Of a stretch of 64,000 nt of DNA, positions 37,875-46,535 are shown one piece after another. Location of the stretch: assembly GCA_964453895.1 (NCBI GenBank), contig CAYVRZ010000022.1, forward strand, positions 3,776 through 67,775. The letters are read 5' to 3'. The DNA is from an uncultured Pseudobdellovibrionaceae bacterium. Its GTDB lineage: Bacteria; Bdellovibrionota; Bdellovibrionia; Bdellovibrionales; UBA1609. Made by a program: the position numbers and the translations under genes. The notes under the pieces are model-generated. The model did not search any database. It had not been told where the DNA came from and saw nothing but the letters and a program-made list of their open reading frames with translations. How positions within the stretch are numbered: position 1 is the stretch's first letter; every line of letters starts with the position of its first letter.

Positions 37875-38318
37875 CTAGTGCCCGCAGGTCAAACGCAAGT
37901 CTTTGCCGCCGATCTTAAGACGAACTGTCGGTTTCGATCCCGCGACCGAAAACTCGCTGGGGTGCACATACAGAATCGCTTTGCCAAGCACCTCAGTGGT
38001 GAGATCAAACGGAATTGCATCTCTCCACTGAGCGGAAGTCGCCCGTTCATTGTAATTGGGCTTGGCGACTATTTCCTCAACGGTATTTACCGGTTCTTCT
38101 TCCTGAGCCCGAGTGGAGCCTTCGACCAATCCAAACTGGTAAACTTTGATCTCGCTAAAGTCTGTCGTGGTTCCCGACACCATATAGTATTCGCCCCAAA
38201 CCGAGGCCGGGGCATTCGAACAATGAAAACTTATGTCTGCGGCGTAAGACTGGGAAGCCACAGCGGTGATCGAAAAAAGAAAGCTCGCAAGGACGAAACG
38301 CATCCGGATAAAACGCAT
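37875..38318 (-). CDS. Small secreted hypothetical protein inside the rpoN-hpf islet
   Basis: 147 aa with signal MRFVLASFLFSITAVASQSYA and two Cys residues. I recognise no motif. Confidence 0.45.
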   Translation of the reverse strand: MRFIRMRFVLASFLFSITAVASQSYAADISFHCSNAPASVWGEYYMVSGTTTDFSEIKVYQFGLVEGSTRAQEEEPVNTVEEIVAKPNYNERATSAQWRDAIPFDLTTEVLGKAILYVHPSEFSVAGSKPTVRLKIGGKDLRLTCGH

Positions 38319-38635
38319 AAAATCTCCGTTCTTGGTGTCTGAGAATTTTCTCTGCGCATATTAGGGCGAGGTGTCGTGGACGGCACTAGAATTTGCAGGG
38401 GTTGTCAGTTTTGTAAAAAGGTTGGGGCGGGCGACCAATGGTGGTTCTATGGGTGGGCGCACCATGGGCGGAGAGGACGCATAATAGCCGCGGAGCTTGC
38501 GAGAAATCTTGGGAAGTATATTGCCTTAGACTTCAGTATTCCCGGCTTCATAAAGTCCAGCACGAGCGCGGCGACAGAAACCCGTCCGACCTATCCCGTC
38601 CACCCCCCGCGGCCGATCGCAAATTCCCCGACCGG

Positions 38636-39280
38636 TTAACTATCAGCAAAAACCAATCTTAGTTCCTTAAGCGACTTTGTTTCGCTGCGAGAAATAAAGC
38701 CCTCGGCTTCGAGAATATTAAGGCCAATATATTCTTTAAGAGCCCGGAAGGGCTGCCGCCACCCGCGCACAATGCGAGTAAAAGGCCGCTGGCTCCAAAA
38801 TTTGCGGCGTCGAGGGCCCTGCAGGCCGGGGGAACGGATTCGAGGGCCTTGCAGGCCGGGGGAACGGATTCGAGGGCCTTGCAGGCCGGGGGAACGGATT
38901 CGAGGGCCTTGCAGGCCCTGCGCAATTCGTCCCGTCAACTCGCGGATAAAGGCGGCCCAGAGCCGCTGGCTCTTCACCCGAATCAGCAAATGCAGGTGGT
39001 TCCCGACATTTGCAAATTTATAAATCGTAACCCCATACTTGCGCGCCGATTCTTGCACGATTCGGTTCACAACTCCAAAGGCGCGCGGCGTTCTCATGCG
39101 CGCCCAATCCGAGCGCAAAACCAAATGCAACGGCAGCTTAGAATCGAGCGGCCGTTTTGTTTTCGCATGGCTGTTTTTTAGTAGGCTCCCGCCAAAGCAA
39201 TCCCCAGGTTTACCGAAGCCGTCGATTTCGAAGCCCAATTGTTTTTCACGCTTTGAAATCGCACGCTTGCCTCGTCTCAT
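38636..39280 (-). CDS. IS200/IS605-like Y1 (HUH) transposase / RAYT-like protein carrying an in-frame tandem-repeat insertion
   Basis: LHLVLRS, the HUH block ANVGNHLHLLIRV and the C-terminal RPFTRIVRGW...ALKEYIGLN (candidate catalytic Tyr helix). GLQGPRIRSP x3 lies between the HUH and Tyr blocks. Confidence 0.6.
   Translation of the reverse strand: MRRGKRAISKREKQLGFEIDGFGKPGDCFGGSLLKNSHAKTKRPLDSKLPLHLVLRSDWARMRTPRAFGVVNRIVQESARKYGVTIYKFANVGNHLHLLIRVKSQRLWAAFIRELTGRIAQGLQGPRIRSPGLQGPRIRSPGLQGPRIRSPGLQGPRRRKFWSQRPFTRIVRGWRQPFRALKEYIGLNILEAEGFISRSETKSLKELRLVFADS
38811..38917. repeat. 30-bp tandem repeat, 3.6 copies, inside the transposase ORF
   Basis: The unit is CGAGGGCC(C/T)TGCAGGCCGGGGGAACGGATT at 38811, 38841 and 38871, with a partial copy at 38901-38917. 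Each unit contains the GC-rich palindrome GGCC.TGCAGGCC. Confidence 0.95.
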
Positions 39281-39560
39281 GGGGCGTAGATTTACCCATC
39301 GCTACCAAAAAAGTCAAGAATGGCTTTTCCCCTGAATGAACTCAGGTTTCACGGGCCAACTCTCTTCGCGGAACACCGCCAGGGTGATCGCTATTTCAAA
39401 CGCTTGCGGCACCCCGTGGCGATAAGATGTACGGCGAGCGCCATGTCTCTCGGGGCACCTTCCTGAGTCCGAGATCACCACACCCAAACTACGACCGAAA
39501 TTTCTTAGATTTCTGCTTTTGTGGCCCTTGTATTTCTGACGGGTCAGAGCAACCACATCC

Positions 39561-39622
39561 GCAGCCCGCAGCCCGCAGCCCGCAGCCCGCAGCCCGCAGC
39601 CCTCAGCCCTCAGCCCGCAGCG
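39561..39622. repeat. Heptanucleotide microsatellite (GCAGCCC)6(TCAGCCC)2 plus a partial unit
   Basis: Read directly from the sequence. The 7-nt period is not a multiple of 3, so it is not coding, and it is intergenic. Confidence 0.95.
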
Positions 39623-39667
39623 TGAACGCGCCTCGCAAGCTTCGCTCGCTCGTCAGGCGTCTCCAAA

Positions 39668-39694
39668 CCCAAACCCAACCCCACCCCAGTCCCC
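39668..39694 (-). other. G-quadruplex / i-motif-type tract
   Basis: The plus strand is CCCAAACCCAACCCCACCCCAGTCCCC. The minus strand therefore has five G3-4 runs separated by 1-3 nt. Confidence 0.6.
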
Positions 39695-39801
39695 ACCACC
39701 GTCCGCGCTTGAGACGTATCAACGCGCGCCGTGCCTAACCTCAAGATGAGAATCGGCACGCCTGCCCTCAACAACGTTTAGCCACTGGCCGATAAAAAAA
39801 C

Positions 39802-40104
39802 ATGCGTATAGATTTTAAATTCCGCCACTGCGAGGCCAGCGAAGAGCTCACCGAGTACGTTACCGAAAAAGTCCATCAGCTCGAAAAATACGAACTTAAA
39901 CCGGTGCGTCTCGAGTTTACGTTTACCAAAGAACGGGCCGAGCTCCGCGTCGATCTTCATGTGCGGGGCGACCACGTTGAGGTCCACGCCCACCACTCAA
40001 GTGTCGACGACAATTTTTTTGTCGGGGTGGATCAAACCCTGGTTAAAGTCGCCAAACAGCTGGCCAAGAAAAAGGCCAAAGTTCAGAGCCACAAAGTCAG
40101 TTGA
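39802..40104 (+). CDS. hpf: Ribosome hibernation promoting factor / sigma-54 modulation protein (short HPF)
   Basis: 100 aa. MRIDFKFRHCEASEELTEYVTEKVHQLEKY...VDLHVRGDHVEVHA fits the RaiA/HPF family pattern. Its context is the rpoN operon. Confidence 0.8.
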   Translation: MRIDFKFRHCEASEELTEYVTEKVHQLEKYELKPVRLEFTFTKERAELRVDLHVRGDHVEVHAHHSSVDDNFFVGVDQTLVKVAKQLAKKKAKVQSHKVS

Positions 40105-40197
40105 CGCGCCCCCTGTACCCGCTTAAAACCGAGGGAATTCTCTCTACATTAGAGCCCGTTCGCGCCGACGCGACGGTGATTTCAGGGGTACAGAAAC
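40105..40197 (+). promoter_or_regulatory. Structured metK leader (candidate riboswitch-like element)
   Basis: An 8-bp long-range helix pairs CTGTACCC (40113-40120) with GGGTACAG (40186-40193), next to the start codon. It encloses two hairpins, GAGGG-AATT-CTCTC and TCGCG-CCGA-CGCGA. Confidence 0.25.
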
Positions 40198-41358
40198 ATG
40201 CAAAATTATCTCTTCACCAGCGAATCCGTGTCTGAGGGTCATCCCGACAAGCTTGCCGACCAAATCAGCGACGCCATTTTAGATGGCTTTATGGCGCAAG
40301 ATCCGCGCTCGCGCGTGGCTTGCGAGACCATGGTTTCTACAGGCTTTGTGGCCCTCGCCGGTGAGATTACCTCCAAAGGCGTGGTCGATTACTCCGCTAC
40401 AGTGCGGGATGTTATTAAAGATGTTGGGTACGACAGCAGCGACATGGGTTTCGACTACAAATCCTGCGCGGTGCTGGTCGGTCTCGGCAAACAAAGCGTC
40501 GATATCGCCATGGGCGTAGATAACGCAGAACAGGGTGCCGGCGACCAAGGCCTGATGTTTGGCTTTGCGTGTAATGAGACTCCTGAATTTATGCCGCTCT
40601 CCATCAGCATGTCACACCGATTGCTGATCGATTTGGCCGCGATCCGAAAATCCAAAAAAGTAAACTTCCTCCGTCCTGACTCAAAGAGTCAAGTTACCGT
40701 CGAGTATCAAGATGGCAAGGCCGCACGGATCGACACGATCGTGCTAAGCACGCAGCACACTCCTGATGTCGATCAAGCCAAGATCAAAAGTTTTGTCATC
40801 GATGAACTGGTGGCCAAATCCATCCCGAAACAATGGATCGACAGCAAAACCAAGTTCCATATCAATCCCACCGGGCGTTTTGTCATCGGCGGACCCCATG
40901 GCGATTGCGGCCTCACCGGCCGCAAGATTATTGTCGACACGTACGGCGGCCACGGCGCCCATGGTGGTGGCGCATTCTCGGGTAAAGATCCCTCGAAGGT
41001 CGATCGCTCAGCGGCTTATGCCGCCCGTCACGTGGCAAAAAATATTGTTGCCGCGGGTCTGGCCGAAAAATGCTTAGTACAGTTGGCCTACGCCATCGGC
41101 GTGGCTGAGCCGGTGAGCATTATGGTGCAAGACTATGGCACGAGCCAAGTCGGCGGCGAGATGTTGTCTCAGGCCGTAAAAAAGGTGTGGAACTTAAAGC
41201 CCGCTGCAATTGTTGAGCAGTTCGATCTTCTCAAACCCAAGTACAGAAAGACCACCAACTATGGTCACTTTGGCCGATCACTGCCGGAGCTCACCTGGGA
41301 AAAACCGGATCGAGTCGACGCCATTCGCGAAGCTGTAAACACAATTAAGAGAATGTAG
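40198..41358 (+). CDS. metK: S-adenosylmethionine synthetase
   Basis: [25 protein letters not shown] and [16 protein letters not shown]. Confidence 0.95.
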   Translation: MQNYLFTSESVSEGHPDKLADQISDAILDGFMAQDPRSRVACETMVSTGFVALAGEITSKGVVDYSATVRDVIKDVGYDSSDMGFDYKSCAVLVGLGKQSVDIAMGVDNAEQGAGDQGLMFGFACNETPEFMPLSISMSHRLLIDLAAIRKSKKVNFLRPDSKSQVTVEYQDGKAARIDTIVLSTQHTPDVDQAKIKSFVIDELVAKSIPKQWIDSKTKFHINPTGRFVIGGPHGDCGLTGRKIIVDTYGGHGAHGGGAFSGKDPSKVDRSAAYAARHVAKNIVAAGLAEKCLVQLAYAIGVAEPVSIMVQDYGTSQVGGEMLSQAVKKVWNLKPAAIVEQFDLLKPKYRKTTNYGHFGRSLPELTWEKPDRVDAIREAVNTIKRM

Positions 41359-41570
41359 TGTCAAAAAAATTAGCCACCACCATTTATATCACGGAGCAAC
41401 AGCAGGCCTTGCTCCGTGAACTGAATCAACGCTCGAAAGTGCCGATCGCGGAGTATATCCGCCAAGGGATAGACCTCGTGATCTACCGCTATCGTGACCA
41501 ACTTCCCGGACAAATGGATTTGCCTTTGGGGCACAGTCACGAGCCCACCGAAGCCGCCGATGCAACCTGA
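41358..41570 (+). CDS. Ribbon-helix-helix (CopG/MetJ/Arc-fold) protein
   Basis: 70 aa. The GTG shares one nt with the metK stop. [35 protein letters not shown] has the beta-strand plus two helices pattern. It overlaps the lepA start by 11 nt. Confidence 0.5.
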   Translation: MSKKLATTIYITEQQQALLRELNQRSKVPIAEYIRQGIDLVIYRYRDQLPGQMDLPLGHSHEPTEAADAT

Positions 41571-43359
41571 GCTTATACGAAATTTTTCGATCATCGCGCA
41601 CATCGACCATGGCAAGTCGACCTTGGCCGATTGCCTATTGAGCGCCACGCAGACCGTAACCGATCGTGAAAAGCGGGCGCAGTTCCTCGACAATATGGAT
41701 CTCGAGCGCGAGCGTGGCATCACCATCAAGGCGCAAACCGTGCGCCTTATGTACAAAGCCAAAGACGGCAAAACCTACCAGCTCAATCTGATCGACACTC
41801 CCGGGCACGTGGATTTCTCCTACGAAGTTTCGCGCTCCTTGGCTGCCTGTGAGGGTGCGATTCTCGTGGTCGACGCCTCCCAAGGTGTAGAGGCGCAGAC
41901 GCTGGCCAACGTTTACCTGGCGCTTGAGAACAATCTCGAAATTATTCCGGTGCTGAATAAAATTGATTTGCCCGCGGCTGATCCCGAAGGCGTTAAGAAG
42001 CAAATCGAAGATGGAATCGGCCTCGACGCCAAGGATGCGATTTTAGCGAGCGCCAAAGAGATGAAGGGGATCACTGAGATTCTCGAAGCTGTTGTCGCCA
42101 AAGTTCCACCGCCTAAGGCGGACCGCGCCTTGGTCCTGCGGGCGTTAATTTTCGATTCCTGGTTCGACTCCTATCAAGGGGTTGTAACGCTGGTGAGAGT
42201 GGTCGACGGCGCCGTAAATGTTGGCGATATGATTAAATTTATGGCCACCGACAAGGACTATGAAGTTCTTAAACTCGGTGTGTTCAATCCGTTCGCCACC
42301 CATCTCGACCGGCTCGAAGCCGGTGAAGTGGGTTTTATTATTTGCGGAATGAAAGATATCCGTGACGTAAAAGTCGGCGATACGGTGACTGCGGCCAAAA
42401 AATCCGCCACGCAACCGCTGCCCGGATTTCAAAAAATCAAACCGATGGTGTTCTCAGGGATATTCCCGGTCGAAGCAACGGACTTTCCCGACTTCAAAGA
42501 TGCGCTCGAGAAGCTTACGCTCAATGACTCGAGTCTTAGTTTCGAGCCCGAAAAATCCGACGCCTTGGGTTTCGGCTTTCGCTGCGGCTTTCTCGGACTT
42601 CTGCATATGGAGATTGTGCAGGAGCGCCTAGAGCGCGAATTTAATCTCAATCTCATAACCACCGCGCCCACCGTGGTCTATAAGGTGACCAAGACCGACG
42701 GCACCGTCACCGAACTTGAGAATCCGTCCAAACTTCCGGAGCCGACCGAGATTTTGAAAATCGAAGAGCCCTATGTGAAGCTCAGTCTGCATACGCCGAG
42801 CGAATTTATTGGCGGGCTGCTTAAATTGTGTGAAGACCGCCGCGGAATGCAGATCAAAATGGAGTACATCACCGACACAAAGGTGATTATCGAGTACAAG
42901 CTCCCGCTCAATGAAATGGTTATGGATTTTTACGATAAGCTTAAGTCGATCTCCAAAGGCTATGCCTCAATGGAATACGAACTGATGGGCTTTGAAGAGG
43001 GCGACCTGGTCCGCATGGATATCTTGATCAACGGAGACGCGGTCGACGCGCTATCCGTAATCGTGCACCGGGCAAAGGCCATTACGCGTGGGCGGGCGCT
43101 CACGGCCAAGCTCAAAGAGCTGATCCCGCGGCAACAATATCAAGTGGCGTTGCAGGCGGCGATCGGCGCTAAGATCGTTGCCCGCGAAACGCTGGGCGCT
43201 CTTCGTAAAGACGTCACCGCGAAATGTTACGGCGGTGATATTTCCCGTAAACGTAAACTCCTTGAGAAGCAAAAAGAGGGTAAGAAGCGAATGAAAGCGA
43301 TCGGGCAAGTGGAAGTTCCGCAAGAAGCATTTCTCGCCGTGTTGAGGCTCGACGAGTAG
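41560..43359 (+). CDS. lepA: Elongation factor 4
   Basis: [32 protein letters not shown] and the C-terminal LepA domain ([25 protein letters not shown]). I moved the start from 41494 to ATG 41560. Confidence 0.95.
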   Translation: MQPELIRNFSIIAHIDHGKSTLADCLLSATQTVTDREKRAQFLDNMDLERERGITIKAQTVRLMYKAKDGKTYQLNLIDTPGHVDFSYEVSRSLAACEGAILVVDASQGVEAQTLANVYLALENNLEIIPVLNKIDLPAADPEGVKKQIEDGIGLDAKDAILASAKEMKGITEILEAVVAKVPPPKADRALVLRALIFDSWFDSYQGVVTLVRVVDGAVNVGDMIKFMATDKDYEVLKLGVFNPFATHLDRLEAGEVGFIICGMKDIRDVKVGDTVTAAKKSATQPLPGFQKIKPMVFSGIFPVEATDFPDFKDALEKLTLNDSSLSFEPEKSDALGFGFRCGFLGLLHMEIVQERLEREFNLNLITTAPTVVYKVTKTDGTVTELENPSKLPEPTEILKIEEPYVKLSLHTPSEFIGGLLKLCEDRRGMQIKMEYITDTKVIIEYKLPLNEMVMDFYDKLKSISKGYASMEYELMGFEEGDLVRMDILINGDAVDALSVIVHRAKAITRGRALTAKLKELIPRQQYQVALQAAIGAKIVARETLGALRKDVTAKCYGGDISRKRKLLEKQKEGKKRMKAIGQVEVPQEAFLAVLRLDE

Positions 43360-44117
43360 TGGTCATCTTCTCGCGCCGATTTTGGACTGAAGGCCCCGGC
43401 TCATTTCTGCTCGCCATCGGCTTGGCGTTGGTGGTTCGCTGGTCGCTCTTTGAAGCCTATGTCATACCTTCACAATCCATGCTGCCGACCCTTTTGGTGA
43501 ATGATCACATTTTTGTAAATAAAATCATCTATGGTCTCAGGGCCCCGTTTAGTGAAAATTGGTTTATGCAATGGCGTCACCCGGCCCGCGGCGAGGTGGT
43601 GGTCTTTAAACATCCGGGCGACAAGAAAAAATACTATATCAAACGCGTCGTCGGAATCCCGGGCGATCGAGTTCTCTATGAAAACGGCAATCTGTACGTA
43701 AATGAAAAGTTGGCCGAGCGAACCATTCCGCAACGTTTGAGCGATGAGTGGCAGTGGCTGCGCGACGCCGACTTTCCGGGTGATGAGGACATCGGCGGGC
43801 GGGCGCTCTACGTACATTGGGAGGAGCGCCTCGGACCTAAGGCCTACTCAGTGATCGTGCGCAAAGAGAACCCTTCTGCAGGAACCTTTGGGCCCATTTC
43901 GGTTCCCGATGGTCAATATCTCGTGCTGGGCGACAATCGGGATAATTCGCAAGATTCTCGCGCGTGGGATGAGTCCAGCCGATTTGTGCCGCGAGACTTA
44001 CTGATTGGCCGCGCCTCTGTGGTGTGGCTCAGTTGTGAAAGCACGTTGCCTGTCGTTACCTTTTTGTGCAATCCTCTGAAGCTGCGTTGGGCAAGATTTT
44101 TTCACTCGGTTCAATGA
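43359..44117 (+). CDS. lepB: Signal peptidase I, paralog 1
   Basis: IPSQSMLPTLL (Ser box), YIKRVVGIPGD (Lys box) and GDNRDNSQDSR. Confidence 0.85.
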   Translation: MVIFSRRFWTEGPGSFLLAIGLALVVRWSLFEAYVIPSQSMLPTLLVNDHIFVNKIIYGLRAPFSENWFMQWRHPARGEVVVFKHPGDKKKYYIKRVVGIPGDRVLYENGNLYVNEKLAERTIPQRLSDEWQWLRDADFPGDEDIGGRALYVHWEERLGPKAYSVIVRKENPSAGTFGPISVPDGQYLVLGDNRDNSQDSRAWDESSRFVPRDLLIGRASVVWLSCESTLPVVTFLCNPLKLRWARFFHSVQ

Positions 44118-44123
44118 GGACCT

Positions 44124-44879
44124 ATGGCTGCCAAAGGACAAATGAAAGCAAGGCTAGGAGACGGCTTCGGCTCCTTTTTTGTAGCGGTGGCCGCAATTTT
44201 GGCCTTTCGTTGGCTACTTTTTGAGCCCTACGTAATTCCATCGGGCAGCATGATCCCAACTCTCTTGATCCATGACCACATTCTTGTCAGCAAATTCTCG
44301 TACGGTGTGCGCTGGCCCTTTACCAAAAGTTGGATTTTCAAAAACAGTGACCCGCAACGCGGCGATATCGTCGTTTTTCGGTCGGTGGACGACAGCGGCT
44401 TTTTTATGATCAAGCGCGTGGTCGGGATCCCTGGCGACAAAATTGAAATCAGCTCCGACGGATTTGTCTCGGTCAATGGAGAGCGTTTGCCGACCAAGGC
44501 TATGCCTAACGTGAGCACCGATCCCAAGACCCAGGAGCCCTACTACACAATCTCAGAAAAAGACTTGGCTGGAAGTTACTCGGACTACGATTTTTTTGAA
44601 GAAGACTTAAAGGGCGTTAATCACCGCATGATCCTTACAAAAAATGCCGGTCGTTTTTTTGATCATCCCTTTGTGGTGCCCGAGAATGAATACTTCTGCA
44701 TGGGGGACAACCGCGACAATTCGAAAGACAGTCGATATTGGGGTTCGCTCCCACGCGAACATTTGCTTGGTAAGGCTATGTTCGTCTGGCTGAGCTGTGA
44801 AGACACCATGCCGTTTCTTCCGTTCCTCTGCAATCCGGCAAAGTTGCGGTGGGGCCGGTTCTTCCACACGCTAAAATAA
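44124..44879 (+). CDS. lepB: Signal peptidase I, paralog 2
   Basis: IPSGSMIPTLL, MIKRVVGIPGD and GDNRDNSKDSR. It shares the C-terminal CNP.KLRW.RFFH tail with paralog 1. Confidence 0.85.
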   Translation: MAAKGQMKARLGDGFGSFFVAVAAILAFRWLLFEPYVIPSGSMIPTLLIHDHILVSKFSYGVRWPFTKSWIFKNSDPQRGDIVVFRSVDDSGFFMIKRVVGIPGDKIEISSDGFVSVNGERLPTKAMPNVSTDPKTQEPYYTISEKDLAGSYSDYDFFEEDLKGVNHRMILTKNAGRFFDHPFVVPENEYFCMGDNRDNSKDSRYWGSLPREHLLGKAMFVWLSCEDTMPFLPFLCNPAKLRWGRFFHTLK

Positions 44880-44894
44880 ATGGGCGCCACCTAA

Positions 44895-45533
44895 ATGAGC
44901 GCCACCGACACCAGTAAGAAGCAAATCGACTTTCTTGTTCGGTACACTCTGCAATCCGCGGCCACGATCATTTTAATCGCCATCCTTATTCGGGTGTTTT
45001 TTGTCTCTTCCTACGTCATGTCCGGCTCGGGCATGCTGCCGGCAGTCTGGCCGGGAGACTTTTTGGTCGCCACCAAATGGAGCGTTCGCAGCCCGAAGCG
45101 GGGCGACGTGGTGGCCCTGAGGTGCCCAGGGGGCAAAGATCGCACATGTCTTAAGCGGGTGGTCGCGACGCCCGGCGATCGGGTTGAAATCAACGATGGA
45201 GTGCTTTTTGTGAACGGCGAAGCCGGGGTGCAAAAAAAAGTCAGTGACGAGCTGGCCGTAGAGCGGTTTAGCGGTCGCAGCTGGGTGATTTGGCCGAGCA
45301 AAAAGGCCCTGGTGACGATTCCACCCATGGTGGTGCCGCCGCGGCATGTGTATCTGCTGAACGACAAAAGGGCCGACGGGGAGGACTCCCGGGGCTGGGG
45401 AACCGTCTCTTACGACGAACTGGAAGGCAAAGTGAAGTATGTTTGGCTGTCTCTCGACTGGTTCGAGCGCGATGGTGCAGTTCGTTCTTGGCCGCGCCTG
45501 CGTTGGCAGCGAATGTTGCGTAGCATCGATTGA
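44895..45533 (+). CDS. Signal peptidase I-like protein, divergent paralog 3
   Basis: The Lys box CLKRVVATPGD is retained. The Ser box reads MSGSGMLPAV, with Gly at the nucleophile position in an ungapped alignment with paralog 2. NDKRADGEDSR replaces GDNRDNS.DSR. Confidence 0.65.
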   Translation: MSATDTSKKQIDFLVRYTLQSAATIILIAILIRVFFVSSYVMSGSGMLPAVWPGDFLVATKWSVRSPKRGDVVALRCPGGKDRTCLKRVVATPGDRVEINDGVLFVNGEAGVQKKVSDELAVERFSGRSWVIWPSKKALVTIPPMVVPPRHVYLLNDKRADGEDSRGWGTVSYDELEGKVKYVWLSLDWFERDGAVRSWPRLRWQRMLRSID

Positions 45534-45566
45534 CTCTAAGTAGGGGCCAGGTATACATTTTCGCCG

Positions 45567-46535
45567 ATGTCCATAGTCGGCGAATCGTTCCTCAGTTCCG
45601 AGCAACTTACGGAAAAAGACATCGAACAGATTTTTTCCCGGGCCGAGCTATTTAAATCCGAATTCCTCAAGAAAAGACGCATCGATCACCTACTGTCTAA
45701 GACCGAAGGCCTGCAACAAAAGGTTGTGGCCTTAGTTTTTGCTGAGCCGAGTACGCGCACTCGAATGAGTTTTCAGACCGCGGCCGGACGCTTGGGCATA
45801 CGCTCTTTGAGCCTCGACAACCCTCAGGTGGCCAGCCTTAGCAAAGGCGAAACTCTTGAGGATACCTTTTTAAATATCGCTGCAATGATGCCCGATTTAA
45901 TGGTGGTTCGTTACAACACCAACTTCGACGCCGACAAAGTGATTCGAGAGCTGCCTTGCCCAGTGATTAATGGCGGAACCGGGACTTCTGAACATCCCAC
46001 GCAGGCTTTACTCGACGCCTACACCATCAAAGAATTTCGCGGCCAGGTGAAGGGCGAGCGTGTTTTGATTGTTGGCGACGTAAAACACAGCCGAGTGGCG
46101 AACTCCAATTTGGTATTGCTGCGCCGAATGGGCGCCGACATCGCCTATTGTGCGCCCGCGGAGTTTGGCCCCAGCTCCGAAAATGAAACATGGAAAGGCG
46201 TTCGCAGCTTTGAACAGCTGAACGACGCTATGGAATGGGCCACGGTCGTGATGGGCTTGCGGGTTCAAAAAGAACGCCACCGCCCCGACGATGTAAGTGC
46301 CGGTCACTCAATGGCTGAATACCGCGAAAAATTTCGCGTCGGCGGCGATCAGCTCAAGCACTTCCGCAACGATGGAATCCTTTTGCATCCAGGACCAGTG
46401 ATTCGCGGGGTCGAATTTTCCGCGTTCGTGCTCAACGATACTCGCAGCAAAGTTTTAGACCAGGTGACCAACGGAGTTTTTGTGCGGGCTGCGCTGATGT
46501 CGATCATGCTCGGCCTCGAGGTACAAAGACCGTGA
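45567..46535 (+). CDS. pyrB: Aspartate carbamoyltransferase catalytic subunit
   Basis: EPSTRTR, HPTQALLD and LHPGP. Confidence 0.9.
   Translation: MSIVGESFLSSEQLTEKDIEQIFSRAELFKSEFLKKRRIDHLLSKTEGLQQKVVALVFAEPSTRTRMSFQTAAGRLGIRSLSLDNPQVASLSKGETLEDTFLNIAAMMPDLMVVRYNTNFDADKVIRELPCPVINGGTGTSEHPTQALLDAYTIKEFRGQVKGERVLIVGDVKHSRVANSNLVLLRRMGADIAYCAPAEFGPSSENETWKGVRSFEQLNDAMEWATVVMGLRVQKERHRPDDVSAGHSMAEYREKFRVGGDQLKHFRNDGILLHPGPVIRGVEFSAFVLNDTRSKVLDQVTNGVFVRAALMSIMLGLEVQRP

Noticed and set aside
37791-38342. 183-aa plus-strand ORF starting in the GC-rich tract after rpoN
   Set aside because: Its N-terminus is a translation of the GC repeat (RGRGPRAEAV...RRRRPPSPSP). It overlaps the better-supported minus-strand secreted-protein gene, which has a signal peptide.
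38319-38635. The 317-bp non-coding gap inside the islet as a possible structured RNA (RNase P, SRP, tmRNA or 6S)
   Set aside because: I found none of the conserved signatures I know, such as GAGGAAAGUCCGG or the SRP GGAA tetraloop helix. There is only an 8-bp inverted match (GTGGACGG/CCGTCCAC), which could be chance.
38811-39622. Tandem repeats as a possible CRISPR array
   Set aside because: The 30-bp and 7-bp units are head-to-tail with no spacers, and no cas genes are nearby.
39427-39738. 103-aa plus-strand ORF containing QPAARSPQPAARSPQP
   Set aside because: The periodic peptide is just the heptamer microsatellite read through three frames. The 7-nt period is incompatible with a conserved coding repeat.
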